Part shown: piece after piece, positions 11,543 to 26,500 of the stretch
How positions within the stretch are numbered: position 1 is the stretch's first letter
Layout: each line of letters begins with the position of its first letter
Source of the DNA: Lingula anatina
Taxonomy: Eukaryota > Animalia > Brachiopoda
Length of the DNA: 64,000 nt
Assembly (NCBI GenBank): GCA_051362555.1
Contig: CM120640.1
Location: forward strand, 70,720,788-70,784,787
Direction: 5' to 3'
Notes under the pieces: model-generated
The model's database searches: none
What the model was told of the DNA's origin: nothing
What the model saw: only the letters and a program-made list of their open reading frames with translations
Program-made: the position numbers and the translations under genes

Positions 11543-14500
11543 TTACAAATGCATTTCCCAAGTCTTACTAGGTACTTTCAAAAACACTGCTGATGACGGG
11601 CGACGGTGGTCAGAGTTTCTTGGTAGGCGAAACTTCTGCTCGGCAATGTGCTCCATTGCATTCCTGACTGCTGGGAAGTGGCCCAGGACGGTGTCCAAGT
11701 CACTTTTGGCCAGCACCAGGATATCTACGTGGGATTTGGCCACATAAGTGACCACTGCAGGCTTGGGGTCATCTAGGATGAGGTTGACCTCTCCTATCAC
11801 ACTGCCACTGCCCAGGCTGTCCAACTGATCTTCTCCTTCCAGAGCTATCTGAGAGAACCAGACCAGGAGATATCAGGATATATTTCTATTATCAATTCTA
11901 TAATTTTATCATTTGTCAGTTAATTTGGTGTAAACCCTGTGCCATGTTTACCATGGAGTGTGCCTATAAACCCCATTAAATATAGTGCCATAAGGTAATT
12001 TAAGTCTTGCTACAGATGCAAATATCAAAGTAAAAGTCTATTTGATTTTCATAATTTTTTCACAAAAAAAACCTTTGTCATGTTTTTATTTAATACACCC
12101 CACCTCTCCTTTCAAAATGTAGAAAGCGCTGCTGTTAACATCTTTCTGCACCACCTGTACATCTGGGACAAAGAACTTTAGCTGGACCTTTAGAGCAAGT
12201 TCACGCTTCAGTGCGTCAGGGATGTCCTTAAACAGAGACAACTGGACAAAGCCAATTGTTAATGAAATTGTGTCACAACATGGAATGCAAATATATTTTT
12301 CAAAAAAATGTATTAAATATACTGAAAACACGTTTCTACTTCCTAAGTCAATTTTACTTGACAAATTTGTTTACAATTTGCAAGCTTTTTCTCTCCCACT
12401 AGACGGCTGATAGGCAATGAGAGCTGTGAAATTTTTGTCTATATATTTAAAACTGTACCTGTTTTTCTCCAGTAAACATTGGCTGGCATATTTGAAGAGC
12501 TAGTTCCGACTGCAGGGTGTATGGACAGTCCACCATCAGTGACCTCAGGTCAACACCTTTCTTACGTTGCCACTGGTAATGGTAGTAGTTTACCACTTGA
12601 TCTTTAAGGTGTGGAGGTACATTCAGATCATTGAGTTCATCCTGGTAGAAATGAGCAACCATTACCAAAGAAACAAGAATATAATCTTTATAACTGTGAA
12701 AACTAAATATTGATGCAGTTGTCATTCATATATTCATTATTTTTAACCACAAATATCTGATGTCAGTCACTGATCTTCAATCATTGTTCTAGCCTGTGTT
12801 TCTGCAAAGGTCTGAGTAAGGGTGCATTCCCAGAGATTTAGATCGATCTAAAGATTAGGTTTTAGATCGACCTAACTCCCTGGGGGTTCACGCTAAATTG
12901 CAGTCAGCCGTGCGGGCACCATAGTTAATTACCCCCTTACAGCTTTTAGTAGGCGGGACAGATGCTTAAGCCGGCCAAGCTGACAATAATCTAGTGAGAC
13001 TCCCCACAGGGATAGATCGATCTAAAAATCTATGGAAATGGGGTGTAAGTCTGGTGTCACCTTGATCACTGCCACTTTCTCCCTGTAAGCCACCATGGTG
13101 CGTGCTGCATTGGCCTGGGAAGAGGCTATTGTACCCAGAATATAACCAAACAATATCTTCCCTATCAGCATAACAACAATGGAGACAACTAAAAATATAA
13201 AAAATTATAAAAATATAAAAATAAATTTTTGGCAAAGAATTTAAGATATTATCCTATTCCTGACTTTGGCTGAGGGCTGCAACACAACATATCAACCTCA
13301 CATTACCAAATATAAGATAGTATATTATGCTTATTATGTAGTAATATACTATGATTACCACTTTATATACGCACTTCATGAGCAAAGTTTTTGTGGATGT
13401 TTCCCCACATTAAGTAATTTTAAAGAATGGCATGTTATTAATCAGGGCCTAGTTCCATCAACACTGATAGCACTATCCTATGATTAACATTATCCATGGA
13501 TAACATTGTTATCCTCTAGACAGTTATCCTGAAGATAGCAGTCATTCTTATCCATAGGATACCACTATTCAGTGTTGAAGAAGCTGGGCCCAGTATTTCA
13601 CTTTACCCATTTCTATATTGGTATGTGCACTGATGTCTCCATATCCAGTAGAGGTGACAGTTGCTACACACCAATAGACACAGTTACAGTATCTCTCTAT
13701 GCTGCTTACTGTGTGATCCTGGAACCCTGGAATACAGTACCATTAACTGTATATGATAATCCATTTCAATAAAGATTATTATATTATATATTATTATATT
13801 ATATTATATATAAAGAGAGCTGATATCCTGTGAGGATATGAAACTAAAATACAATCAAGTGTCTGTATGTTTAAATGATAGTACCTAACTTACCAATTTT
13901 AATAAATTTTTCAATAATTTTCTAAGAAGTCAAAGTGCATTACATAAGTCACACTTGTCCAATGTCTCACCAGCCAAATGTGCCCAAATACATGTATTTG
14001 GCCCACACAATTAACACTCCAAGAAAAGTGCCTTACCAGCCAGATGTGCCCAAGTATTTGGTCCACACATCCCTCCAGGACAAGCCACTACATACCACAG
14101 ACAGGAGCAGATGTGCAGGGTTACAAACAACACTATCATAGACTTCCAGAGGTGGACAGTCAGCATGCTGTAAAATAAATACCACTCAAATTCTGCATGA
14201 CATACCATACAAAAAATGTTGAACTTATTACTGAGCACATAATCACTGATTGCAAAATACTCCTCTGATAACTTATTTCTGCAGAACAACAACAAATGCT
14301 TTTGTCCAAATATGTACCAAGTGGCCTCCTCCAGCCCACTGACCTGACATTCAGCTCCTTCTCCCAGGCAGCAAAGAACTGGTGTACCTTGACCAGTCTC
14401 AGCAGGTGGAGTAGCCTGAGATATGACCACATACTGACCCACTGTTCTCTGGGCAGTGCCAGCACCACCACTTCAATGGGACAAGCTGCTATAGCATCCA

Positions 14501-17500
14501 ACAGCAAGCCACTGGGTCTCCTGACATAGGACTGCCTCACTGTGACAGCAGCATCGATGAGGTGACCAGTCTCATCATGAAAACTTAAATGAGATTTTAT
14601 GTAAATCTGAAAATAATATTGCACATTTCGGTTATGTATTCATCTTTAACTATATACAAAATTTGATACTGAAATTATCATTTTTCATCATAGAGTATCA
14701 TGGTGAAGGAAATTTTAGTGCAAAGTCACCAACAGTCTTTCAGAATTACCTCCAACCAGAAAAATGCATCTATAAGGATGTTCACTGCAAACAGTGCCAG
14801 TTCATGGTCCTGGTAACAAGCCTGCAAACAATTATTTAATCAATGCTATTTATGCATAATTAAGCTTTGAATATTTCATTAGTAAGGCAGTAAGATTTGT
14901 TATTTATAATCAATCCAATTTTTCTTGTAAAGAAACTGAATAACAGAAGACTGTACTTCCTACTCTGACATTTGACAAAACTTCCACCTCAAAGAGAATA
15001 GTCCACCAAGACAGGACAGTGCAGAACAGTGTCAACCAGCTGAAAACTGTGCCAAAATGTCCATGTGGATTGATGGTGAAGTCGTTCCAGCTGGTCCAAC
15101 ACCAAGCACATCCGGAGACATTCCTCTCTGGAGTTGTGTCATGGTTACTTGGCACATTTTCCCTGCAGCCAGGTTCACTATTGTACAGTATCTCAATGGA
15201 GTTAACATCAACTGTTGCTTGACTTGTACCAGCAACAGCTTCTTGACTGGAATCACCGTCTGTGTTTTCATGCAAAGCTGTGTTCTCTGGATGTGGAGCT
15301 TCTCTCCTTGGAGCTGAACCCTGACCACTGGTTTTCCTGCAGTATGTCCCTTTTCCTACTGTCACTTTCTGGGTTTTAGTGGCTTTGAATTCAATCTGAA
15401 ATAGGACAATGTTTTATTAACTGTAGACCCCAGTAGAGGAGAAGGGGATATAGAGGAAAATTGGAAATGGAAAGCATTACAACAGTTTTCTGTACTTTTT
15501 GGTGAAGAATCAAGTTTCCCCATATCAAGGAATACAGAAAACACACTTATTTTTGACTACATTGCATGCATACCTCTGCAAAATCACTGTGTGGCCCACA
15601 AGCAATGGTTTTCCCCTCTTGATTATCACGCACCCCAGATATGCCAGCTCTAGTAATGCTTTCTTGAACATGTTCAGTTCTAAGTTGAAGAGCACTGCGT
15701 TGCTTGGCTTTGATTCTTCGCTTTTCTGCTGTTATCATTACTTGTTGATTAATGTCTGGGTAGTAGATGAGCACTTCATCTAAATCTGCTTTGCTCAACA
15801 CAAACAAATGGCAGTTGGTATGGGCCCTGGGTCAAAAAAATCAGTCGGTTTATTCAGACAACAATGAATTAATTTTTTTAACTGTAAAATCTAAATTTCT
15901 CTAAGCAAATGCAAAGAAATTAAGATTGAGAATCCAGGAAGTTGTACCTTATTGATGCAGTTCTTGGACAACTGAATAAAAGAGCGATTTCTCCAAAGAA
16001 TCTTCCTGCATTCATAGTGTCAAACACTGTGTCACCATCCTCTGATACCACATCCACTGCCCCATGATGAATAAAGAACATCTACAATAACAAGCTAATG
16101 AAATCTGACATAAATCAGTTCCATATTAAATATTTATGCTTTTTACAGCTACACGTACAATACAGGTATTTGGTCACTGAGGCAAATGGTAAGCTTCAAC
16201 AGATAACTGCAAATGAGGCAATTAATTTAAAAGATGCAGATATATTCTTACACAAATACAGTGTATGAACCGTGTACCTCACTTCCTATGTCATGTTTCC
16301 TCACAATATATTCTCCTTTAAGAAATAACACTGGCTTTATACAGCGTGACAGCATCTTCACAAAACCCACATCCGCATTCTCAAACAGGGCCACCTATTA
16401 AGGTAAAACAAGAAATAAATGACAATTTGCAAAATATATCTCTCAATTCTAGTAGAATCTACTAATTATTGGTAGCTATATAGAGACCTGTAAACTTTGT
16501 TGATATTCTTTATTTATAAAAATTATTTACAGCTGCTGTAATGTAGTAGTTTGACTTAACGTGTGTGTTATATTTTAAAAAGTTAGTTGATGATACTAGT
16601 ACATGTGAACTGTCCTGAGATGCTGAAATTTATCATTTTGTCATTAAAATTTAAAAACTTATCAATACATATATTTTTTTTTCTTTGCAAACAGGCACCT
16701 TAACAATCATATCCTTGTACAGACTGTATGTGACATCCCCCCACAGTGACAGTGGGAGACCATCAAACAGAGATCTGGGGTCCACTCCACGAGATCTGGT
16801 CCACACATACTCATAATGGTTGATAATCCTTCTCTGAAGACCAGCACTGACTTCCTGATCCTTAGACAATAGGTGGAAATAAACTGTCAGTAGGACACAA
16901 AATACCAACAACAATTATGACCAGAAAAAGAAATTAAACTACATGTAGTACTACAAAAAATCCGTAGATACATCTGGAAATCCATTCAAAAAGACACCTT
17001 TCTTTTACGTAGTGATCTTTGCTTTACTAAATTTTATTTTCATACTTCTTAAATAATAATAACAATAATAATAATAATAATAACTTAATTACTTTCATAA
17101 AGGTCTGGACTGCACAAAGTTTCTCCTGAAATCTTGCTCTCTGGGCATCAGCATTGACCAGGCCAGCAAACACACTGGCTATCACATAGCCAAAGAACAC
17201 CACTCCCACAATTGAAATGACCACAGCAGCTGCAACCTGCCAACAAAACAACACAGCTAGCACTACCATTTTTATTTTAACAAAATGTCATGATATCAGA
17301 TATATAGCGCTGAGTCTATTTTTGATAACTAAAATGCACCAATATATAAATGGCTAGTTATAAATCAATCCCCCCTCATGTAACATGAAAGAATCCTACG
17401 AGCTTATGCCCCAGCCTACCTCCAGGTCAGTCTCAGCAGCTATGTCCCCGTACCCCACTGATACTGAGGTAGCTGTGGCCCAGTATAAACTGGTCAGGTA

Positions 17501-20500
17501 CAGGGACCATATGCTGCTCTCATCTGGAAATATTCTGTATTACATTAAAAAATTACTTAGTTGCTTACAAGTGTTCTTACATACAAAAAAAAAAAAAAAA
17601 AAAAAAAAAATCACAGAATGCAATGAACTTTGACCTTAGATTTTGGATTTATAATTATTTGCAATAAAATACATACTCAAGTTGTCTGCAGAATTATTTG
17701 TTGTTCCCTTAGGGACCATTCCCATACCCTATCGTACTAAATGAGGATCGATCTATCTTCGAGGGGATTCTCGCTAAATTGCAATTAACTTAAATGGCTT
17801 AGATGTCTGTCATACCTACTGAAGCTGCTAGGGAGTATTTATTATTGTTTAGCAGCTTCAGTAGGTGTACCAGACATCTAAGCTGCTTAAGCTGAAAGCA
17901 ATTTAGAGAGAAACCCCTTGGAGATGGATCAATCCTGTTAGATCGATCTAGGCATGGGAACCCAGTCTTACTTGCTGTGAGTGTCCTGAGCACCCAGGAC
18001 CCCTCAATACAGTGATGACCAGTGGTCAGTGTGTCCTTGGTGGCTATCCCTAGAATCTCAGGGGGACATGAGATCATAAATAAACCACAGGTCAGCCAGT
18101 TCATGAAGATAATGATGTATAAGATGAACTTCATGGTCCTGAAAGAATATGTCATATTTAACCCTCAACATTCTCATTACTTCCCTGAATTGTTTCTCCC
18201 CAAAATTATTGCTCTCCACTGGTAAAAAACTGACATATACATTAATTCTTCATTTCAATATCTTACAGTAAATAAAAAGTGACCAATCTTTTAAATCATC
18301 TTTCAAACACAAATGGGGGGTATCAATGCAGGGGAGTTATGATGGGGAATTAACAATACAGATAATGTCATAAATTTGAGAAACAGAAACAGTGCTCACC
18401 AATAAAAGAAAATGACAACAAAATATTTTAGTAAAGTAATACCAATTTTATAGTTGTACCTGATAATGCCCACTTCTCTTCTGATATCCTGTTCCAGATG
18501 TGAGAATGCCAAGGAGAGGTGGTAAATATTGATCATACGGTTCAGACGGAGGAAAACTAGATAGTTCAGATCTGAAACAAATTGCAATATAATCTCAGCA
18601 AATGGTGCACATCAATTTCTCATTCAGACTAATAAACGCTAATGAAATATTATGCAAATAAATGGTCCAACACTGGTAAAAGGGTGCCATGGGTATCCCA
18701 ATGTAGCTCTGTGTGTTGGGGACATTTATTAGAATTGGGCTCGAAATACGGACACCGTTGGAAACTTATAGTTAGGATAATGCTTTAGTATAACCTACCA
18801 GGTTCGTGGTCAAAAATCGTTACGTCTAAATCGCTACAGAGGAAAACCAACTCTGACAATAATAACCTGTTTCCATCTTTTAATGTGAACTCGTTGCCTG
18901 CTCAGGTACACCCTTTAGTATCCAACCAAGACAATGGCTTCATGAAATCTTAATCAGTGGCTTCTTAATCAAAATAGTAAACAAGCCTACTCTGCCTCTT
19001 TAGACTTTACCTAACGTATAACTAAAAGTTTCCAATGGTGTCCGTATTTCGAGCCCAATTCTAAATTACATTTATATCTAAAATTTGTGCGGTTCCGGAC
19101 ATGTGGTACACTCTACCCTACCCTACCCAACATTGGGCCATGGACTTTACTTACTAGTACATTAGATGACCACTGTTTGCTATCTGGGTATAAGATCTAT
19201 AACTAAATGTGTGCCACACCTTGGTATCCCAGGCAAAATGGAATGGCTTCTAAAGGTAAAACAGCGCTTAAGTCCAGCAGGAAGTTAGTAGTGAAGTAGT
19301 GTTTGGCTGTAGCTAAAGGATGACTGACTAGACAGCCTTTCTTGTTGTAGTAAGCAGTATGGAGGCCTATATACCTATAAGCAAGATAACAAGGTTGTAC
19401 TGTCTTTTTAAATGCCTCAAGGATTGCAATAAATCTGTTAAAAATTATGTTCAGTGAAGAGTAAATTCAGCTTGTTGACAGATTTATCACATCTTTTTGC
19501 AAAAGTGAAACGTATGTTCTTTTAATAATTTAAACACTGTTAGTCTAGATTTTAGTCTAAATCAAAGTTATACCAGTATAATATACTTACATGGCAATCC
19601 AACTGAGTACATCAAGTGTGTATGTAATCACCCAGCCCAGGATAGACTTATAGAAGAAAGCCCCCTGTATAGGAAGTACTATTGCTGTGGCAACAGACAC
19701 AAGAACATGGAGGCATTCCCAGACTTTCAGTAACTGACCACTTGGTAAAAATGTCCAACTGAAAAGAGAGTAAAAATTCACTTACACAACTGCAAATTCT
19801 TTATATCAGATATTAGACCTGCCACAAGGCTGAAAAACAAAAGCTAGTCATCATACTTAATAAAACAATTATCATATATAATCTTAAATGTATACTGGCA
19901 TCTTTAAAAGGCAGACTAATAAAATTATTCACTTCCATGTGTAATATTACTGAGTAGATGAGTAGATTATTATTTTTATTATAAAACAAAATGAGAAACA
20001 ATACACTTCATGCATTTACTAACTTCATCAGCAGACAAGCAGCTATCCTAGTCAGTGGGGTTGCCATCTGGAAGGAATGCAGGTACTCAACATTGGGTGT
20101 GCCATCACCCATCACTTTCTTAAATACTTTCACTGATTTACTGTTTTCTGCTGTTACTTGCTGCTCAGGGCATCTAGTGGGCTTCTGTTCTTCTTTGTTT
20201 CTAAAAGAGAAAAGTATTGATAGAATTTTTCTTTGATGATGGTTCTTTTTTTTTCATAACTAAAAATTGGCAAAGGTTTATTATTTTAATATCCAGTGCA
20301 TGATCAGTTTAGAAAATATGTAAGAATGATGTTTATCACAGACTGTATCAAAATGATATATAATATCTATCAACAACTCATGATTTATATATAAATCTAA
20401 GTCCAAAGAAACCTCACTCATGCATATGTGCTTTCTGCCTCAGTTCCTTTAACAATGTTTCATTGTTGAGAATATCTTGAAACTGCCTGAAAGATTAAAA

Positions 20501-23500
20501 ACATAACATAACATATGATAATGTGTCAAGTTGGTTTTGTTCTCATTTCCATTCTTTATGAAATAAATGTTCTGATAGCTAAAAAGACAGCTCAAACATA
20601 TATGTACCGTACATAAATGTACTGTATCTTTCATTGAATGTGCAATTTTTAAAAATAATATAAATCTATTCAAAACACATGGTTCATATGTCATACTTAC
20701 TCAAACATATTACCATGTGGTACATGTGTAACGGTTTTATGTTACCAGCTGTCATACCTAAGAAGTGTTGGAAAATCATGCAGTACATGATCTAACTCTG
20801 GTTTGGTCAACATCAACAGCTCACAGTGAGTTACAGCACGCACTGTGGCAGTACGCTTCTCTTTGAACAGCATTCCCATTTCACCAAAACAATCACCTGG
20901 ATACACTGTGGCCAGAACCTGACTGAGGTCTTGGGATAATACCTATATGTATACATAGAAACATATAGTTCATTGCACCATGAAGTATTTATCACAGATC
21001 TTTGATTCCAACCTAAAATCCTGAGCTACAGATTGCATGGCAAAATCACCACTCATGTGACCAAGTTGCAAAGGTGGTGGACCAAAACATCATGTTTGGC
21101 TGATGTTATTAAGTCTTTAGGTAAAGAATTTACTTATTTTATCATCCTTCCTAAATACCATGAAAAAACTCTTTCATAGCAAGTTTTAAGTAGTAAGTGA
21201 ACAATTATTATGCAGTGGACATGATGGACTTTTTATATCTAGGCTGAATTCTCTCACTGAGACAACATATATATATGTGTACCTCACAGTGCCCTCTCCT
21301 GACAAAGTACATCTCATTGCCCACATCACCACAGTAAATGACCACTTCCCCAGGACTGTAGTGGTACGGAACGACTCTGGATGCCACCATCTTCAGGAAG
21401 GTCAGGTCCAGGTATCTGAACAGTGGAGCCTGGGATTGGAAAAATTAAAAAAATAAATGTGTGGCAATTGTCTGTTCTGAGGCAAAAGGGCTTGGGGGGG
21501 GGGGGGGGGGAGTGAAGTTAGAAAACTGGCCTGTTGGGTTTTAATTTGCAATAAATGATCACTTTCCTCCAAAAAGTGACATGCTGCAGATAAACCTATT
21601 TTCTATGGGTTCATTCCCAGAGATTTACCTGTAGATCGATCCAGAGATTTAGATTGACCTAACTCCCTGGGGGTTCACGCTAAATTGCACTCAGCCGGGC
21701 ACGCACCATGTTAAATTACCCCCTTACAGCTTTTAGTAGGCGGGACAGACGCTTAAGCCGGCTAAGCTGACAGTAATCTAGTGAGACTCCCCACAGGGAT
21801 AGATCGATCTAAAATCTATGGGAATGGGGTCTTTGAGGTAGAGGAATAATGCAGCATACTGATACTTTACCTCTTTCAGAATGTTCCCAACTTCTTCCAT
21901 TCCTATGTCTTCTTGCAGCACAGCAGGTAAGTCATGAATCAGTGGCTTAAAGCTGGGGATCCAGCTGCCCCTGAAATATATATCACACTACTGAGTCACT
22001 TTAGATAATGAGAATAAGCATAGTTGTAATGAAGGTACTGGATTTAGTAAATAAAAGATATAAAATGTGTGCAGTGTACATGGTATTAACAAATTATATA
22101 AAAGAAAAGAGTAAGATAGCACAGGGACATTAAAAATGCACAGATGGTACATACCTATATTTTCCCCAGAGAATGCTCATGTAGTTGATCACCCTTTCCT
22201 GTAGAACAGGTGTCTGCTGGTTCTCTGCCATAAATTGTTTGATAGCAAACAGCTTCTCTTGAAACACAACCCTTTCAAAGATAATAAAGTAAAGTAAAGA
22301 AAATGTGCTCATTACAAATGGCATGATGTCTTGCAAAATGCAGTAATAGTATTTTATAATGAACTGATGTTGTTTCTTTTTAAAATCTTATTATTGTTAA
22401 GAAACATTGTTACATCATTTTCTAACACTTAATTAATTAATTAATCTTTACAAAGATCAATAAGAAATCATTAAGAAATCTTTGTACACCAATTTCTCAA
22501 ATAAAATGGCAACCATGCAACAATTACACTGGTCTGCCATGATAGTAGTCAGACATTAACAGTGCAAGTTCTGAAACCTTACCTGGCAACATCAGCATTG
22601 CCCAGTAATGCAGCAATAATAGCCACACAGTAGCCATACATCACTAATTGCTCTGAAATCTTACTTGGCAATATCAGCATTGGCCAGTAATGCAGCAATA
22701 ATAGCCACACAGTAGCCATACATCACTAATAGTTCTGAAATCTTACCTGGCAACATCAGCATTGGCCAGTAATGCAGCAATAATAGCTACACAGTAGCCA
22801 TACAGTAGCAGTCCTACCAACATGACAACTACAGACAGCAGGCATTCTGTGGCGTTCTGAGCTGTGATATCTCCATACCCAGTACTAGTCATGGTCACTG
22901 CTGCCCAGTACAGGGAGAGCAGGTAATGGAGGGGGAGAGGCAGGTCTGACCAGCTCTGGTTGGTAGTTATCCATGAACCTTCACTACAACTGGAATAGTA
23001 GAAGAATCTATATCAAAGTTATTTTCCAATCTTTGAATGATAATTCATTGAGTGAAATTATATTTTCCAATACCAGTATGTTCATTATTGCCCCACCATC
23101 AAAATTCCTTCACATGGTTCTGATGATATTTCATCTGCCTCCCCCTCACCACATTGCTTCAATTATTGAACAAAGCAAAAATGTTTCTTTTTAGTTTCTT
23201 TTTTGTAATAAATTTCATAATGGTATAACCCCTAAGTCACAGACAGCAGCCAACGCCTAAGAACCCACCCATTGCCAACACTGCAAGCTCCCAGGTACCA
23301 GAGACAGGCACACCAGTGAGTGAGCAGACAGATGTACAGGCTCAGCTTCAATGTCCTCAGGGTGGAGAGGGACCACTCCAACCCTTTCTCCATTGTGTGG
23401 AAATAATGAGGAACCTGGATTGAAGCAAAGGTTACTCATAAACAAAGATGTCAGAAAAATATATCATTTATTATCAACAAACATGTTGCATTAACAATGC

Positions 23501-26500
23501 ATAAAAACATTTTGAAAAAAAGTGATACTTTACAACTCCAAAGAACTGAATGAGTCATACATGTAAGTGCCCCATACTGTTGTACTAAGAGATAATATAA
23601 CTTACCTTCCAAAACTTGATAAGCCTATTTAACCGTAAAATTCTAAAAATGAGCCAGTGGTTTTGCTGCCATCCTAACACACAGAACACTTCTACTGGTA
23701 AAACAGCCAGGAGATCAAGGAAAAAGGCTCCATTTTCAATATAAACTTTCTGCACAGCTTTCAATGAAAGCAGTAGCCCTGAAGAGGAATACAACAGAAG
23801 TTTCAAAGTGATTACAAAGAATCCATGATTGAAATATTTTAAAAAAGCACAATCTGTACCCCCAATAATTTCCAACAGATTTCTAAATACTCAGTATGAA
23901 GCAGCATCATGTACATCATGGTCAGACTAAAAAAATTAATGTGTTCAGTGTGAATTCCAAATCCAGACTGTCATGTCACCAGTTAATTACTAACCATGAG
24001 GGGTGTGAACTGCAGTCTTAAACATGATCACAATATCAACTATCAGCACCATGTCCAGAAGGTAAGTTAAGACCAACTCAATAATGATGTCTTCTGTATG
24101 CCAATCTGAAACAAAGTCATATCATGAGAGCAACTTTAGATTAAAATAATTAAATGGTCAAATTTATCAATTTGGTACCAAAACCATTATAATTATTAAA
24201 ATGTACAGAAATGTTTTGTAAATGCCAGTTCTGAAGGTGAAGTTTAAGATAGAAAATTAATTTTAAAAGAATTTTTCTATTTTCCTACCGTTTGTAGTGA
24301 ATATAGCCAGAGAAGGATAGAGAAAACTGATGATGATGGTAACTATGACAACCACAGACTTCCAAACCTTAGAGAAACGGCAATTAGGGTTGATGTAACA
24401 TCCATGTAAAACATGCCATATGTCCCCTCTCTGAAACAAATTATGAAAATGGCTAAGTATTGAATGCTTTTCTAAAGTCTACAAAGCAAACATGTTTTCT
24501 TCCTGGCTATGCCAAACAAATGAGTAGAAACGGGTGAGGATATTGATTGTTGGAAGTGGCACACCTTTATGTAATACCTGCTTGACTTGGTTCGGGAACA
24601 TCCTTACAATGTGTGCTCTGATCCCTTTAAAAAGATATATAAATTCTAGAATCATTTGTAAAGTTAAAATTAAGAGTATTTTTTATACCTTACTACTGAC
24701 AGACATATTTGATTCTTCTTTTTCTAAAGACACAGCACTTAGATTCACTTTGGGCATCTCTACAACAGAGAAACTCCTCAGCTTTGCTGGTATGTGAATG
24801 GAAGATCTTCTGTTTGGTGCCAGTCTCTGTTTTATATTCATACAAGATGTAGCCTAGAAGAAAAATGTTTGTCATAGAACCAATTGGAAATACATGATAA
24901 AGTAATTAATTGGAAATTAAATTGAAGTCATAATAATTTTAAAATATGTTAATTGGCTGTTTATAATTATGAATGAGTAAATTAGTTATTTTGACCTCCG
25001 GTTAAAAGTAACTACTACTAGTAGCATAGGAAAGAAAAACAAAAGAACTGTTACCATTGTCATAGTTTGTCTTCTAAAATTCTTCTCAGCTTTTCTGAAC
25101 CGTTGCTCAGCCAGCTCATACAATGCAGGTCCAGCTATAAGAGATATATAATCAGACCTACATATCTGACCCTGAGGTAAGAGGTTGCTGGAAACTCACC
25201 TCTATATTATCTGAGCAGTAACAATTATATCTTATTTTTCCATGATATAGTTCGGACAATCCCCTTGATACATTGCATGCATTATAATAAAATTACCTCT
25301 TTGTGTTTGTACAGCATGCCTATTGATGTGTTATGAAGAACTACATGTACTGCTGTATATACCTGAAGGAAATAAACTCAAAACTTCAAGCAGCTTCTTC
25401 TTCTTCAGGACAGCTATTTCACAGTGACTTTTAGCTCGTATTGTGTGAGTTCTGACGACACTAAAGACCAAGTAAACCTGGAATTGTGTATTGAACTAAC
25501 TGATCATATTCAGAGGTTATCATTCAGTCATCTTATTATCATCATTATTATTGCAAAAGTCAATAGCAGTTAAATTAACACCACACTGTTAGAAAGAACA
25601 AAAACATCATGATCAGATGATCATTTCTTCAAACTTTTCATGTTATCTCAAATTCCATTATGGACCTAGAAACAGATTCCCTAGATTAGTCATCTGTATT
25701 GCGCATGTTTAGTAATCTGGTATGTTCTAGCATATACATGTACTAATTACCTCTCCAAACACTGCTCCCTGGTTGAGTGTTCCCATCACATCTCCGTCTG
25801 ACCCTACCACCTGTGGAATGAGAGGGGGAAATGGCCATTCACAACAGTGATCAATTTCACTCCCAAAAATGCTTCCAAAACATCAATTTATAAAGATAGC
25901 AATTTTCTAAAGGTCTTTCTAAAACCACTTGATGGCATGGTTTTGGTTCTGAATGGTGTGTGCCAGTCTTGTAAAATTATCCAAAGAACTTTGATTCTGT
26001 ATACAGCCTTTGCATTGTACTTCATTTCAATTTTCATGATAAAAAATAGTTCATTGAATTACTGCAAAACTGTATTGTTATCCACATGATTATTTACTTA
26101 CCCTTTCCATGGACTTACCTCTACTTCTCCTCTTAGAATGAAGTACATGGAGTGACCCACTTCCCCAAAACTCACTATAGTCTGTCCAGGAAGATAAAAC
26201 TCTGGCTCAATGTGCAGGGAAAGCTTCCGCAGGAAACTAGGAGACATGGCTTGGAAAATAGGCGCCTGAAAATGTTGACCATTATCAATTGTGCATATAA
26301 TATTATAGTTGCAATATCACAGGGTATTGAAGAAAATACAGAAAAATGCAAAAAATACATAATTAATTGATAGTTAATTAAAAGATAGAGGATAATGTTA
26401 ATACTGATTTATGCAATCTTCAATAAAATTTTACTTTATCATCATTAAACGCATGTTTGCAGGTAGAATAATTTGACGTAAAGTAGTTAAACAAACAATT

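Noticed and set aside
19151-19183. Possible 33-nt micro-exon in CNGK repeat 3
   Set aside because: The upstream intron would be only ~36 nt, and flanking exons already join in phase without it.
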